A stretch of 63,954 nt of DNA, counting the filler, from Octopus bimaculoides (lineage: Eukaryota): NCBI RefSeq assembly GCF_001194135.2. It is 6 parts of 6 records of this genome, joined end to end, with 100 filler letters (N's around TTAATTAATTAA, not from the genome) between each part and the next. Parts side by side here need not be neighbours in the genome. Positions count along the whole stretch, not along the records: positions 1 to 16,026 come from NC_068984.1; 5 more parts are not named here. One strand, written 5' to 3'. The notes below the pieces were generated by a model that ran no database searches, was not told the origin of the DNA, and saw nothing but the letters and a program-made list of their open reading frames with translations. The first letter of the stretch is position 1, and each line of letters begins with the position of its first letter. A program made the position numbers and the translations under genes. Shown here piece by piece: positions 1 through 13,983 of the stretch.

Positions 1-19
1 ACCTGAACTGGTGACTAAT

Positions 20-890
20 CAGCTCAGTCACCACCCTCAGACCGAATACCAACAACCACCCCGTCACTACCAACACCCTTATTAGAACCATCACCCCACC
101 CACCACAAGCGCCACCACAACGAATATCAAAAGAACTACTACCTCAACCATCACCACCACCAATAATGGAACCACTACTACATCTATCAACTTGTACTAC
201 CACCACAACAATCAAAAGTACCACCACGGTCAACCACTACAACCACTACAACCATTATCAACAGAACTACCACCTTCTCCAACACCACCACCACCATGAC
301 AAGAACTAGCAGAATCACCATCACCAGCACTACAGCCACATTACAACACCGCCACTGCCATCACCACCACCACCACCACCACCACTACCACCACTACTGC
401 TATTACCACCACCACCACTACTACCACCACCACTACCACCACCACTACCACCACCACCAACACTAATACCACCACCACCACTACTACCACCATCACCCCA
501 ACACTACNNNNNNNNNNNNNNNNNNNNNNNNNNNNNNNNNNNNNNNNNNNNNNNNNNNNNNNNNNNNNNNNNNNNNNNNNNNNNNNNNNNNNNNNNNNNN
601 NNNNNNNNNNNNNNNNNNNNNNNNNNNNNNNNNNNNNNNNNNNNNNNNNNNNNNNNNNNNNNNNNNNNNNNNNNNNNNNNNNNNNNNNNNNNNNNNNNNN
701 NNNNNNNNNNNNNNNNNNNNNNNNNNNNNNNNNNNNNNNNNNNNNNNNNNNNNNNNNNNNNNNNNNNNNNNNNNNNNNNNNNNNNNNNNNNNNNNNNNNN
801 NNNNNNNNNNNNNTCACCACCATCACCACCACCCACAACTACCATAACCACTAACACCACTACTACCACCACCGCCACTACAAGAATTGA
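20..890. repeat. Degenerate (ACC/ACT)n trinucleotide tract
   Basis: Low-complexity sequence spanning an assembly gap. Reading frames switch repeatedly. Confidence 0.85.
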
Positions 891-1244
891 CAACAATTTC
901 TTCCCAGAGACTGAGACTTTTTTCCCGAGAATCTAATAAATAACTAAATTAATTAATAAATAAGTAAATAATTAAATAAACAAGTAAACACATTGAAAAA
1001 GACAAGTAAATAACATCACATGGTTTATCAGATAGCAAGAAATAGTTGGGCGGTCAAAGGAAAAAAGGGGGAAGAGGGTGTTTAAAGTTTTGCCTTATTG
1101 GTGAAATCTTACTTTTGTCGCGAAATAATTGAAGAATTAGCAACGGAAATGAAGTCATTAAGATATTTTGTTTTCTAACGGTTTTTGTATTTTGTATTGT
1201 TTAATTTAATTTCTTTCATCAAATACCATCAAAATATTTGTATA

Positions 1245-1352
1245 TCGATTGAATTTTGTAAATCGATTGAATTTTGTAAATCGATTGAATTTTGTAAATC
1301 GATTGAATTTTGTAAATCGATTGAATTTTGTAAATCGGTTGAATTTTGTAAA
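1245..1352. repeat. 18-bp minisatellite x6
   Basis: Units of (aa)atcgattgaattttgt with no unique spacers. Confidence 0.95.
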
Positions 1353-2065
1353 TTAAGTGACTGGTAGTAATTTTTTGTACTGATTAAATGGTATAATTAG
1401 CTTATACGGATTAAATTCTGGTAATCCTTTACGGAATGATAAAATAAAACCATTTACGTCGATTGGCGTTAAATAGAACGACTTTATCAGCAACGAAGGG
1501 GTCAGAAGTAGAGCAGATTAACGCTTAGTACCCATCACCATCTGCAAAGCACCGTCTGAGTTTGCAGGGACATGTCATATGACCCCCGACGAACTAAATT
1601 CACCAATCAACACCTACTTCTGCAATGCATAAAATACTTTAACATATTTCTTTTATATATAACTTCTAAATGTACATTTTTACAATAAACACATATTAAA
1701 ATCTAAAAAAACGTAAAAGAACAAGACAGGAATGTGATATAAATGAAATAAAGTGGAATATGAAAAAAGAAAAATGAGAAAAAAGCCATCTAATGAAGGT
1801 GAGACAAAAGTGAGAGAAAAGAGATGATGATTAGAAGAAAAAAGTGTGAAATAATAAGTGGAGAACAGAAAATGTGAATGCCCTTTGGAAGGTGCTAATA
1901 ACAGTGAGCTTTTTATATATAACTTCAAATAATATTTAATTATAAGAGGATAATAAGATGTTTTTTAAAAAAATAGAATGTCTATGAGGGTCGATCCAAT
2001 TAAAATACGTGAAAAATGGTTGAGAACTACTGCCTTACATCGATGAAATACATTTGAAGTAAATA

Positions 2066-2498
2066 ATAGGCGCAGGAGTGGCTGTGTGGTAAGTAGCTTG
2101 CTTACCAACCACATGGTACCGGGTTCAGGCCCACTGCGTGGCACCTTGCGCAGGTGTCTTCTACTATAGCCTCGGGCCGACCAAAGCCTTGTGAGTGGAT
2201 TTGGTAGACGGAAACTGAAAGAAGCCCGTTGTATATATGTATATATATATATATATATATGTGTGTGTATGTGTGTGTGTATGTTTGTGTGTCTGTGTTT
2301 TTTTCCCTCTAGCATTGCTTGACAACCGATGCTGGTCTGTTTATGTCCCCGTCACTTAGCGGTTCGGCAAAAAGAGACCGATAGAATAAGTACTAGGCTT
2401 ACAAAGAATAAGTCCCGGGGTCGATTTGCTCGACTAAAGGCAGTGCTCCAGCATGGCCACAGTCAAATGACGAAAACAAGTAAAAGAGTAAAAGAGTA
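2066..2498 (+). mobile_element. tRNA-derived SINE family 1 with internal (TA)n/(TG)n microsatellite
   Basis: Pol III A/B-box head (gtggctgtgtggtaag...gggttcag) and an (aaaagagt)n tail. Related copies at about 2665-3050, 7586-7729(-), 10540-11082, 17455-17640, 18940-19110, 26370-26705, 29740-30215(-) and 63630-63860(-). Confidence 0.85.
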
Positions 2499-4196
2499 AT
2501 TTAAACTCAGGCACGGGTCTGTATGTGATTGACCGAGGCGCAAGAAATGTCCAACAAATAATCCTAAAATTGGGTCATGCCGTCCTTATAAAAACAGGAA
2601 AGACCTTTTCAATAATGTAATTTTATATGCACACAAAAAAACAAAAACGAAAGGAAAAAAAGACGGGATGTGTCGTAAGAAGTTTGCTTCCCGACCACAT
2701 AGTTCCGGGTTCAGTCCCACTGCGTTGCATCTTGGGCGAGTGTCTTCTATTATAGCCCTGGGCCGACCAAATGCTTCTGAGTAGGATTGGTAGATGAAAA
2801 CTGAAAGAGCGCCGTTGTGTGTGTGTGTGTACGTGTACGTGTGCGTGTGTGAGTGTGTCTTTGTGTTTGTATCTGTCCCCTAGCACTACTTGACAAAAGG
2901 TATTCATGTGTTTACATACCCGTAACTTAGCGGTTCGGCAAAAGGGTTCATTGGAAGAAGTACTGGGATTGATCCATTCGACTGGAATTCTTCAAGGTGG
3001 CACCCCAGCATGGCCACAGTCTAATCACTAAGCAAGTAATAGATAAAAGATGAAGATTATCAAATGTGTCTTGTAATTTCTAAGGCAACCGGATGTGGCT
3101 TCAGAGAGATTTGATTACTTCTTCTAGCAGGTCAAGCAATCGTACTACACGTGAAGGAATTTTTGTTGAATACCAAGTGACATCTGGCAGAATGAGGCCG
3201 ACTACGAAAACATACGATTAGAATATTTTGAGCTCCGAATATGTAACAGGTAAGTTTCTGATGGAATAAATCAACACAGAGTTGTTGAAGGAAAATATAT
3301 GTTGAATGTGAAAGGAGAGGTAAGATCAGAACAAGCAAAATGGAAAGAACATGGAAAGATCAAGACCCAAGGAAACTGAATTTTAGAAAAAAAGGCTTAT
3401 GTACTGTAGTGAGGAAGACAGACTTCAAAGACCTTCATAAAGAAGTTCATTTAAACAAATCCGAAATATTCGGAAAATGAAGACATTTTGAAAAACAACC
3501 GATACGCAACTAAGAAATATCTGCTTCCCCTAATTGGGACAACATATACCCATATGTTGTTGCAATGTCAAATTTGCTGTTTTCTCTTTCAAATTCGTTT
3601 ACTTGCAATATTTACTTTATGGTAAGATAGGTTGGACAAAATAAAATTAGTTTAACGCTGATAGAATGGGAATCATTTAATTACAACTTTTCAGACAAAG
3701 CTTCTTCTTTGGAAGAGGTTGTCGAGTTAAGAGAGAAGAAAAATAGCGACAAAAATGCTTTGAAAACAAAAAAAAAAAATAATAATATAAGATAAAGGGC
3801 CAGTGAAGATGGAAGTGCACGAAGTTTGTTTACATGGTGGCCTTTGCAAGAGAATTCTCAATAGAAATCAACCCTAACCCTACTGAAACCCGTAAGTCAC
3901 TAGTCTTTAGTTATAAGTGATTAAGTAATACATACATACATATATGAATATGTATATATGTGTATATATATATATATTAATAGTTATCTACATTGACAAG
4001 TGGCATTACCCCGAAACCAGTCTGTAGATGCCAGACCAGCAAAGGGAAGCAGCTGACCTCCTCTGTTCGAAGGTTATTATGGACACAGGTTCCTCTTGGA
4101 GCTAATCAACGGCAGCATTCGTCCGATTTTTGGGACTGCTATGATGGCTTGGCAATAGCTATTAATATCCAGTACCGCTGCCGTAGTCTTCTTTAG

Positions 4197-4228
<32 letters not shown>

Positions 4229-5519
4229 GAATCGATGGATGGATGTATGCATATCGATTCAGAAGAGAATCATAACTATAAGGGTGATGAAAATATCTAT
4301 ATCTAAATCTGGAATTGCCAATTCTTAATGTATTTTTTACATTAGATTAGACAAAAACAACAGCTATACGGAAAGAAATTCCACCAAAATATTCCTTGGA
4401 TACAATCGACAAGTAAATCTGAAAGCATAACTCAAACTAAACAGCGATATACTTTCTAATAATATTTCTAGTAATTTTATAAATAACTCGTTCCATGCGA
4501 AATCACAAAGAAGAAGTTGATAATTGTTCCTGTTACATGAATAGACGTGTTGTATAATGCCTTCAGAAAAAATATTTTATAAAATAGTGAAGTAATCCTG
4601 TACCTATATGAGATGATGGCGATAAAGCAACACGTTTGGATTGTTGTATGAAATGCAAGTCTAATTTAATTTAGAGCAACAAAATGTTATTTATATTGTG
4701 AAAGTTTGTAATGATAACACAATTTTCATAGCAGACATACCAATTGAATTTTAAAGATTTCTTTTCTCCCTCAAACTAATTTTTGTAGACTGTAGCATCA
4801 GCAGTGTAATGTTTGCCCGAGGGTATTTTTGAAGTACCAGCGTTCAGCTACGATATCGCGTTAATTAAACAATATCTAAACGTACATTTTTACAATAAAC
4901 ACATCTTAAAATCTAAAAACGTAAAAGAACAAGACAGGAATGTGATATAAATGAAATAAAGTGGAATATGAAAAAAGAAAAATAAGAAAAAAGCCATTTA
5001 ATGAAGGTGAGACAAAAGTGAGAGAAAAGAGATGATGATTAGAAGAAAAAAGTGTGAAATAATAAGTGGAGAACAGGTGCTAATAACAGTGACCTTTTTG
5101 GAAGATGAAAAATCAATTTTGTCTAAATTATGGAGTAACTGTGCAACAGCTAGTCTTGTTACAGGTTTCCTAAATCCGCACCTCGAAATAATTCGATTCA
5201 ATGGTTTTTTTTTCATCTATATATTCTGTCCGTTTCTTGTACAAAGCTAAAAGAAAAAGAAAAAAAGATGATGTATGAAGAGAGAAGTTACTGGCCCAAT
5301 TATTTCTCCATGCAACTGCCATAGTTATGAAAGGTTAACGCGTGAGTGAAAATGTTTTGTGGCATTTCTTCCGACGCCTTAAGTTCAGGATTAAAATTCC
5401 TCGGATGCCGACTCTGACATTCATTCTTTCGAGAACGATAAGATAAGTTCATGTTGCACATCGGGGTCTATGTAACAGACTTTACCACTACCCTTAAAAT
5501 TGCTAGCATTGTGCCAAAA

Positions 5520-5640
5520 TTTGAAACATTTATAAAAGATGAATGTCGTGAATTTGAAAGATGAATGTCGTGAATTTGAAAGATGACATGTCGTGAATTT
5601 GAAAGATGAATGTCGTGAATTTGAAAGATGACATGTCGAC
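5520..5640. repeat. 22-bp minisatellite x~5
   Basis: Units of gaatttgaaagatgaa/catgtcgt. Confidence 0.9.
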
Positions 5641-6076
5641 AGAGAGAAGGGAAGCTTGACGTCTCGAGACTCTGCCAGACCGTCAATACATTCCCAGATC
5701 TTTTATTCTTGTTTTACAATTTTTATCATACATATATAACGACCGTGAAGTCGTTGTCCTGATAATAATCGTGAGATTGTGGCTTCGATTCTCAGACCTG
5801 TCAGCGAAGTTGTGTTCTTGAGTAAAACACTATATTACTCACAACTCAACTCTACTCAGTTATACATTAGTTCGAGGTAACCGTTGGGAAATTAAGCGCG
5901 TGATGGACTGGCGTCCCGTCCAGGCGGAGTGTTGTTATCTCAGTCAATGTTATACCATAGAAACTGAGTTAAACTGCAGCCTTATAAGTCCTACCACTGA
6001 TGACTGACTTACGTCCTGAGTCTATTAGATATTCCAGTTCAGATAGAAATAGATATAAAACTTTCAACGAAACATT

Positions 6077-6153
<77 letters not shown>

Positions 6154-7392
6154 NNNNNNNNNNNNNNNNNNNNNNNNNNNNNNNNNNNNNNNNNNNNNNN
6201 NNNNNNNNNNNNNNNNNNNNNNNNNNNNNNNNNNNNNNNNNNNNNNNNNNNNNNNNNNNNNNNNNNNNNNNNNNNNNNNNNNNNNNNAGCTTATATCTTT
6301 TCTTGAATTACTCCAATAATCGAAAGTAATTTATCCATAGATAAAGTGAGCTGAAACTCAGTAGTTCCGTGTGGCCAGTACCTCCGTGTGGCCAGAACTT
6401 CCGTGTGGCCAATGGAAAATAACCATAGCGAGGGACATTCCACAGTTGAATTAGAACGGTCACAAACAGTGAAAGAAGACATGCACCCAACACCAGAGCT
6501 GAAGACACCTCCGAAAGGGAGTGGCCCCGCCACGTCAAAACGGTAGAGGAGTAGGGGCCGAAAGCGGACGTGGTTCCTCCTGATGATGTCTTGAGCTAAC
6601 TGGATCCTTTAAGGAGCTGTTGTGGTAGCAGACCACGAAACATGGTTGAAATTCTTTCCTATACTTTCCAATAGCTAGATTTAGATATGATCCAAGGGAA
6701 GTAATTCTAAGAAAATATATAGGAGTATCTTCCCTTGCACAGTTATCCCTATTTCAATGTGTTGAGCAGAATTTGCTTTAGTGCAAAAATATACTTAACA
6801 TATTTTGGGGTTTTAAAGGTGTAAAGGACCTCCTGCTGTTAGATGTAAATACCCGAAGGCATTTTGTGCGCTCATCTGATTCCGTTCGTCTATCAATAAG
6901 GTTTTTCAACTTGCTACGAGAAAGAAATAATCCACATGTTAATCCATTTCGAAGAAACATTTAACGTTCACACGCACTCTCTCTCTTTCCCTCTTTTCTT
7001 TCTCTCTCTCTCACTCTCTCACTCTCTCTATCTGTATATCTAAGTATCTCTCTATATATCCATCTCTCTGTCTCTCTCGCACACACACTGACACACACTG
7101 ACACACACACACATGCACCCACATGCACACACGCACGCGCGCACACACACACACGTCTACGTAACTGCCTACTAACTACTCTACCTGTGTATATATAAAC
7201 TGTGAGTATCGGAGTATGACTACCTGCTGTGCATACTTCCAATTTAGTATTGGGGATGTTTCATTCATGAGGACGTACTCATGTATTTGTCTGAGTGATG
7301 GGTCCTTTGGGTGCTTGGATAAATATATGTATATACATACATATATATATATATATACACACATACGTATACTTACATATATATATATACTT

Positions 7393-7443
<51 letters not shown>

Positions 7444-8127
7444 NNNNNNNNNNNNNNNNNNNNNNNNNNNNNNNNNNNNNNNNNNNNNNNNNNNNNNNNN
7501 NNNNNNNNNNNNNNNNNNNNNNNNNNNNNNNNNNNNNNNNNNNNNNNNNNNNNNNNNNNNACATATATATATATATATACATATATACGACGGGCTTCTT
7601 TCAGTTTCCATCAACCAAATCTACTCACAAGGCTTTGGTCGGCTCAAGGCTATAGTAGAAGACACTTGCCCAAGGTGCCATGCAGTGGGAATGATCCGCA
7701 AGCTACTTACCACAGAACCACTCCTGCGACTATATATATATATATATTCTGTTGTGTCTGGGGAAAGTCATTCTCTTTTAGTGCCTTATAATTTAACTCA
7801 CTCATCGGTAAGATTTCCGCTTATTTCTTGATTATTTTTCTAAACTTTTCATTGCGTCTCGCAACCTTTTCAATAGTTTTGACTCTGTCCGTTATTCACA
7901 CTGCGTTCCCTCTTGTGTGTTTGGGCGCATGTGTGTGGGGGTTAGTGTGTGTGCGTGTGTGCTTACACATGTATGTATGTATGTATGTATGTAGGCATAT
8001 GTGTGTATGCATGTATGTGTGTGTGCATATGTATATATGCTTGTATGTGTGTATATTTGTATATATGTGTTCTGCATATTCATGTATACACATATACATT
8101 TATATGCACATATATACATACACTTTC

Positions 8128-8160
<33 letters not shown>

Positions 8161-8428
8161 AAGACAGAAAGACTGTGTGAGAAAGTGAGAAGTAAGATCT
8201 GGATAAAAACCTTGTTGTGTGGTATGCAAACCCCGTCTACACTTATTGGTTACCTGATGTTCTCATACTCCTTCATAGTCCGACCACGAAGATAGAATTG
8301 TAATTTATAATCAACCTGACCTTCTTTTATCTATTTCTCCATCCCTACATTTATTTTTCTTATTATATTTCGTCTGTCTCTATTCGTCTGTCTCTTCTCT
8401 CTCTCTCTCTCTCTCTCAATATATGTAA

Positions 8429-8459
<31 letters not shown>

Positions 8460-8465
8460 TGTATG

Positions 8466-8519
<54 letters not shown>

Positions 8520-9084
8520 TATATATATATACATACACCCATACACACACAAATATATGTGTATAAACTTACTTGGAAATGGATGCCTTGCGTATGTACA
8601 CAAACATATATATATATATATGTGTATCTGTATGTATATATACTTACATACATACACATACACATATACAAACTCGATATCTTCCACACAATTTCATTCT
8701 ATCAAATTCAACCACAAAGCTGTGGCTGACCCAGGGTTATAGGGGAACACACTAACCTAAGATAACTCACATTGGGTCTGAACTCTAAACCACGTAGTTA
8801 CCAAGCGTGTTCCTGAACCACGCAGCCACGCCACCGTACTCTGATGTATTTCCTGAATCACTGCAACATGGACAAAACCGGAAAGATTAAGTGTTTCCAC
8901 TCTGTTCTATTTTCTATTCCACTGTGTTCTTTAACAGAACATATATTTCATATATTAAATATGAAAACAAAGCGCTGGATTGGCAGAATTGCTACATCAT
9001 CGCAGGAATAATCTCAGTTCGGAGATCAAAACCTGCCGATGTTGTTCTTTTTTTAAATTTTATCCTCTGTTCCTTATAACTAAA

Positions 9085-9358
9085 AAAATAAATGCGCCCC
9101 TTTTAAAGCCTAGCCAGGTTCATGGACCCGGTTTCCCGGTTTCAATGGGGTATATGTTCCTCAGCTGGACGGGACGCCAGTCCATCGCAGCGTTACTCAT
9201 TTTTGCCAGCTGAGAGGACTGGAATAACGTGAAATAAACTGTTTTGCTCTTTTGCTCTTTTGCTCAAGAACACAACGCGTCGCCCGGTCTAGGAATCGAA
9301 ACCACAATCTTACGATCATTGTCCTGACACCCTAACCACTAGGCCACGCGCCTCCACC
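9085..9358 (-). mobile_element. tRNA-derived SINE family 3
   Basis: The minus strand starts ggaggcgcgtggcctagtggttaggg...ggtttcgattcc (A/B boxes). Related copies near 5790-6000, 17690-17950(-) and 22920-23240. Confidence 0.8.
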
Positions 9359-12029
9359 TCTGTTCCTTCTAGGCTCAATAAAATAAAGACCAGAAAAGAA
9401 CGGATGTCTGTATAGTCGTCTGTACCACTTTACAAAAATGGCGAACCTCGAAGCTATGTTCGTAATCATTCAGTACTAATAATGGTTTGAAATTTTGGCA
9501 CGAAGCCAGTGAGACTAAACTAGAAAAACACGTGGCTGCAAAGCGAACGTCCTAAATACACAACCATGCCTGAGCCTATAGTATTTGTTGCTTCGAAATA
9601 TCATTTGTAATTAGTAAAATGAAATGAAATTTTCTTTTTTTTTTAAACAGCATTTAACAAAAATAAAAGATCAATAAATCGCATAAAAATTATAGCCTCA
9701 AAAACTACTGGAAAGAATGTGAAGCTAACGTAATTACGCATCTAATGCCAATGAGCAAGGCATGAGTGTCGCATTTAATCTTCTGTTTATAAATTTGTTA
9801 ATTTACAGGGGCGGTGGAATAATAATTAAGGCATCATTTCTGTCTGTTTTTGTATTTTATTTTATTCGATCTGATTATATGCATTTGATAATAATTCGAT
9901 CACTACACCCCATTTCGCTTCAAATTATTATTTTCTTTTCTATATTCCCAGTTGTTTAATAAATATTCAACAGATGCCAATGGAAGCAAGATGATAGCGA
10001 AGATAAAACATTGCATTACATGCCTTGCACTCGTTTCTATGGAGGTTCTCAACAAACAGTTATTACTTCTCGGTTTCCCATCCCAGTTGATGACGTTTCA
10101 CTTCGCGAACGCCGAACGCTGAATATATCCGTTGGAAGTGGCATGAAAGATAATACTTTTCTTTTCCTTTTGTTTTTGTTTTTTTTTTTGTAAGAATATG
10201 TATATTTGTAAGAAAACATCTCCTATTCAGTGTTATTCAATTATGTTTTCAGCCCAAAGTTGATCGAGCTTTCTTTCGTATTCCACCACAATTGGTTTAA
10301 TGGCTGTGGGGAATATGACAAGCTGATTCAGTAATATATACATACATGTGTGTGCGTGCGTGCGTGCGTGCGTGCGTGCGTGTGTGTATGTATATATGTA
10401 GTTATGTATATAACACGTTCTACGAAATGAACGTGTGATATCGTGTCACTATAATGATAATACACAGAGTACTGTATAAGTGGCCGTGCAGACGGCTGAG
10501 AGAATAAGGGCAGCATTAAATAGATTATATAGCGTTTCCCCTTGGTTCTGGGTTCAGTCCCACTGTGTGACATCTTGGGCAAGTGTCTTCTACTATAGCC
10601 TCGGGCTGACCAAAGCCTTGTGAGTGGATTTGGTAGACGGAAACTCAAAGAAGCCCGTCGTATATATGTATGTATATATATATATATATATNNNNNNNNN
10701 NNNNNNNNNNNNNNNNNNNNNNNNNNNNNNNNNNNNNNNNNNNNNNNNNNNNNNNNNNNNNNNNNNNNNNNNNNNNNNNNNNNNNNNNNNNNNNNNNNNN
10801 NNNNNNNNNNNNNNNNNNNNNNNNNTATGTATATATATATATATATGTATGTGTGTGTATGTATTTGTGTGTCTGTGTTTGTCCCCCTAACATCGCCAGA
10901 CAACCGATGCTGGTGTGTAGAGGTCCCCGTAACTTAGCAATTCGGCAAAAGGGCCTGATAGAATAAGTACTAGGCTTACAAAGAATAAATCATTGGGTCG
11001 ATTTGCTCGACTAAAGGCGGTGCTCCAGCATGGCCACAGTCAAATGACTGAAACAAGTAAAAGAGTAAAGAGTAAAAGAGTATACCATGTCACTTTTCCA
11101 TTGGCCCTATTAACATAACAGAATATCGACAAATATACAGGTCTACCAAATGCCATACGACATCAATTCTTGATTTATTAAAATTATCAAACGCGAATTA
11201 AGATAAGAAGGGGAGACAATCTCAAGGATCAAAAATTCTTCAAACTTGAGATACCCATAAAGGAACCGACAAGCTTATTGTCTGGAGATAAGTAGACAAT
11301 CGTAGACATATATTTCTAAATCAACGGCTGTTAGCATGATAATTACCCACATTTATTACCGAATTTGCTTAATGTAAACAATAATGAGCTAAGAAAAAAA
11401 CTAACACAGAGTTTCCAGTATATTATTAATATATTAAAATACAAATATATTTCATTTTCTCTCTCTCTCTTTTTTTTTTTTCTTTTCGCTGAGAATTTTA
11501 TTTGAAAGTTACGAACAATGATCGTACAATAAAAGTTTTAAGGGAAATTGGTTGGCTGTTTTAGTAACACATGCTACCAAGAAAAGAATGAATCAAAGTT
11601 ATATATATATATATTGGAATTGGTATACGCTGTCGATGCCATCATAGAGATTGTTGTAAGTATCATTCATTTTTGAGAAAGATGAAACTGAAATTGGTAG
11701 AGGTAATTGAAATATACTTGCATTTATACAAATTCACATTTCTTTTCGTTAATTTTGCTTCAGTCCATTCAGCTAGCAAAATTGAGTTCTGGCTGTAATT
11801 CAATGAGTCAGACTTGTGTCACAATCTGAGTCACACTGAAACAAATACGTTAAGTATACACATGTCTGTGGAGTACTCAGTTACTTTCACGTTAATTTCA
11901 CGAGCAGCCTGCTTCGTTGCTCGGAACAACTGGAACCCATATATTTGTAATGGACGAAGTGCCAATACATTTTCACTTTGAAAAACGGATGATAACGAAT
12001 AAGTATTCAATATATTGATTATTTTGCGG

Positions 12030-13130
12030 GCGACGTACTGGCTGAAACGTTAACACGCCGGGCGAAATTCTTGGCGGTATTTCGTCTGTCTTTACTTTCT
12101 GAGTTCAAATTCCACCGAGGTCGACTTTGCGTTTCATCCTTTCGGGGTCGATAAATAAAATACCAGTTACGCACTGGGGTCAATGTAATCGCCTTAATCC
12201 CTTTTGTCTCCTCTATGTGTATCCCCTTGTGGGCAATGCACAAATAAAAAACGTTAGCACGCTAGGCGAAATGCTTAGCAGTATTTCGTCTGTCTTTATG
12301 TTCTGAGTTCAAATTCCACGGAGGTCGACTTTGCTTTTCATCCTTTCGGGGTCGATTAATTAAGTACTAGTTATGTACCGGGGTCGATCTAATCGACTGC
12401 TCCCCTCCCCACAAATTTTGGGCCTTGTTACTAGAGTAGAAACGGATATATTGATAAAACTCAGTCTTTTTACCTTTGAGTTGGAGGATCGCAGGGCGGC
12501 AAGCCATGAAGATTGTTAGAGTGCTTGAATGATTTGCGTTATTTCTTCGAGTTCTTTACGTTATGAGTTCAAATTCCACCGGGTTCTACATTGATTTTCA
12601 TCCATCCTTCTGTGGTCAATAAAATAAAGCACCACTCAAGTACTAGGGATGTAGGATCGACTTATCCTTTCTCTTCAAAAACTATTGGCCTTGTACCTAG
12701 GCAAAGAGATGACTGAATAGTCACAGCATCGGAAAAGTGCTTCACAGTATTTGTTTCGGCTCTTTAAACATGAGTTCAAATACTGCAGGGATCCGCTTTG
12801 CTTTTCATCTCTCCGGGGTCGATAGTATCGACTAATCTTCGAGCCCTAGAATTGCTGGCCTTGTGCTTGAATTTGTAACCATTTCTCGTTGCCTAATAAA
12901 AGAAGTGACTGCATTAATCCATTCTACTATAGGCACAAGGCCTGAAATTTTGGGGGAGCGGCTAGTCGATTACATCGACCTCAGTACTCAACTGGTACTT
13001 GTTTTAACGATCCCGACAGGATGAAAGGCAAAGTCAACTTCGGCGGCATTGGAACTCAGAACGCCAAGGCGGACGAAATGCCGCTAAGCATTTAGTCCGG
13101 CGTGCTAACGATTCTTCCAGATCGTCGCCT
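12030..13130. mobile_element. Cluster of SINE family 2 copies
   Basis: Five copies of ...ttagcacgccgggcgaaatgcttagc...gagttcaaattcc...ggggtcgat..., four on plus and one on minus. Further copies near 16878, 17108, 18440(-), 19715, 33395, 41108, 41570(-), 43380(-) and 47975-48368(-). Confidence 0.85.
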
Positions 13131-13948
13131 TGATACGTGACTCATAATAAAAGAGACACTCAACTGTAGGAAATTTATCTCATTCACTATACAACTTGGC
13201 CTCGTTCCTAAGCAAGAAAGCTGTGTTTTATTTAACAGTTTAATTAAATTCATTTATTGTATGGTTTAGCTTTTAACTTGAGCGAAGTAAATTTTCTATT
13301 GGCTTTTCAGCTAAGTAGGACAGACAACGTGTTAAAAGTATTGATTCAATGTATGCACATCGAATTTATCGTGTATTCTTTAAATAACTTGACATATCAG
13401 CCAACGAAATCAGCATTTAATATTTATTATACATGAGAATCAAATTTGCTTCATTTCCGTCGTAATTCTCTGCTTGCATGTGTCATGTTTGGCTGCCTTA
13501 CAACTCTTTATACTTTAATGATGTCATAATCTTTATGGTTTATGTCGGTGCACTATTTAGATGTATAACTAGATTCCATAGGAAATATATCTACAACAAG
13601 TAGAAATAATCGCATTGATTAACAATAGCGATGTAACAATTCAGACGTTAAATAGAGTATTCTAAGCAATACCATTCAGTCCAAAATGTTTTTCAATAGA
13701 TCATGATGGAATTGGTGATGCAAAGACACCTTCTCTGATCGTTGTTCTATACACAGCATAGAGTACGAATGAACTTTGTTCTCCTTTCTCTACTTTCAAA
13801 ATCCTCAACGGTAACAAGACAATGTTACAGAATTGAATAAAATTATCAACACGACAAACGTTAGATAACAATTGTAGGCGAATGAGTAAAATGCAATTAC
13901 GCACGCACGCGATTACATACAAGACAAATATATAGAATACACACACAC

Positions 13949-13983
<35 letters not shown>

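Noticed and set aside
20-896. Thr/His/Pro-rich (plus strand) or Val-rich (minus strand) mucin-like ORFs
   Set aside because: A degenerate ACC trinucleotide tract spanning an N gap. Frames shift and stop repeatedly, and no splice context was found.
1245-1352. CRISPR-like appearance of short repeat arrays (also 5520-5640, 6366-6412, 16127-16340)
   Set aside because: Head-to-tail units with no unique spacers, no cas genes, and a eukaryotic context.
2070-2145. tRNA genes
   Set aside because: The A/B boxes belong to SINE heads and continue into SINE bodies. No complete cloverleaf was found.
3131-3249. Possible plus-strand exon with AG...GTAAGT boundaries
   Set aside because: Stop codons in all three frames between the splice sites.
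8254-8315. Possible minus-strand exon VDYKLQFYLRGRTMKEYENIR
   Set aside because: The donor is plausible, but the acceptor lacks a pyrimidine tract, no partner exons were found and no family is recognised.
7176-8755. Many ORFs rich in YI/CV/HT/RE dipeptides here and throughout the window
   Set aside because: These are translations of (TA)n, (TG)n, (CA)n, (GA)n and (TATG)n microsatellites or of N runs.
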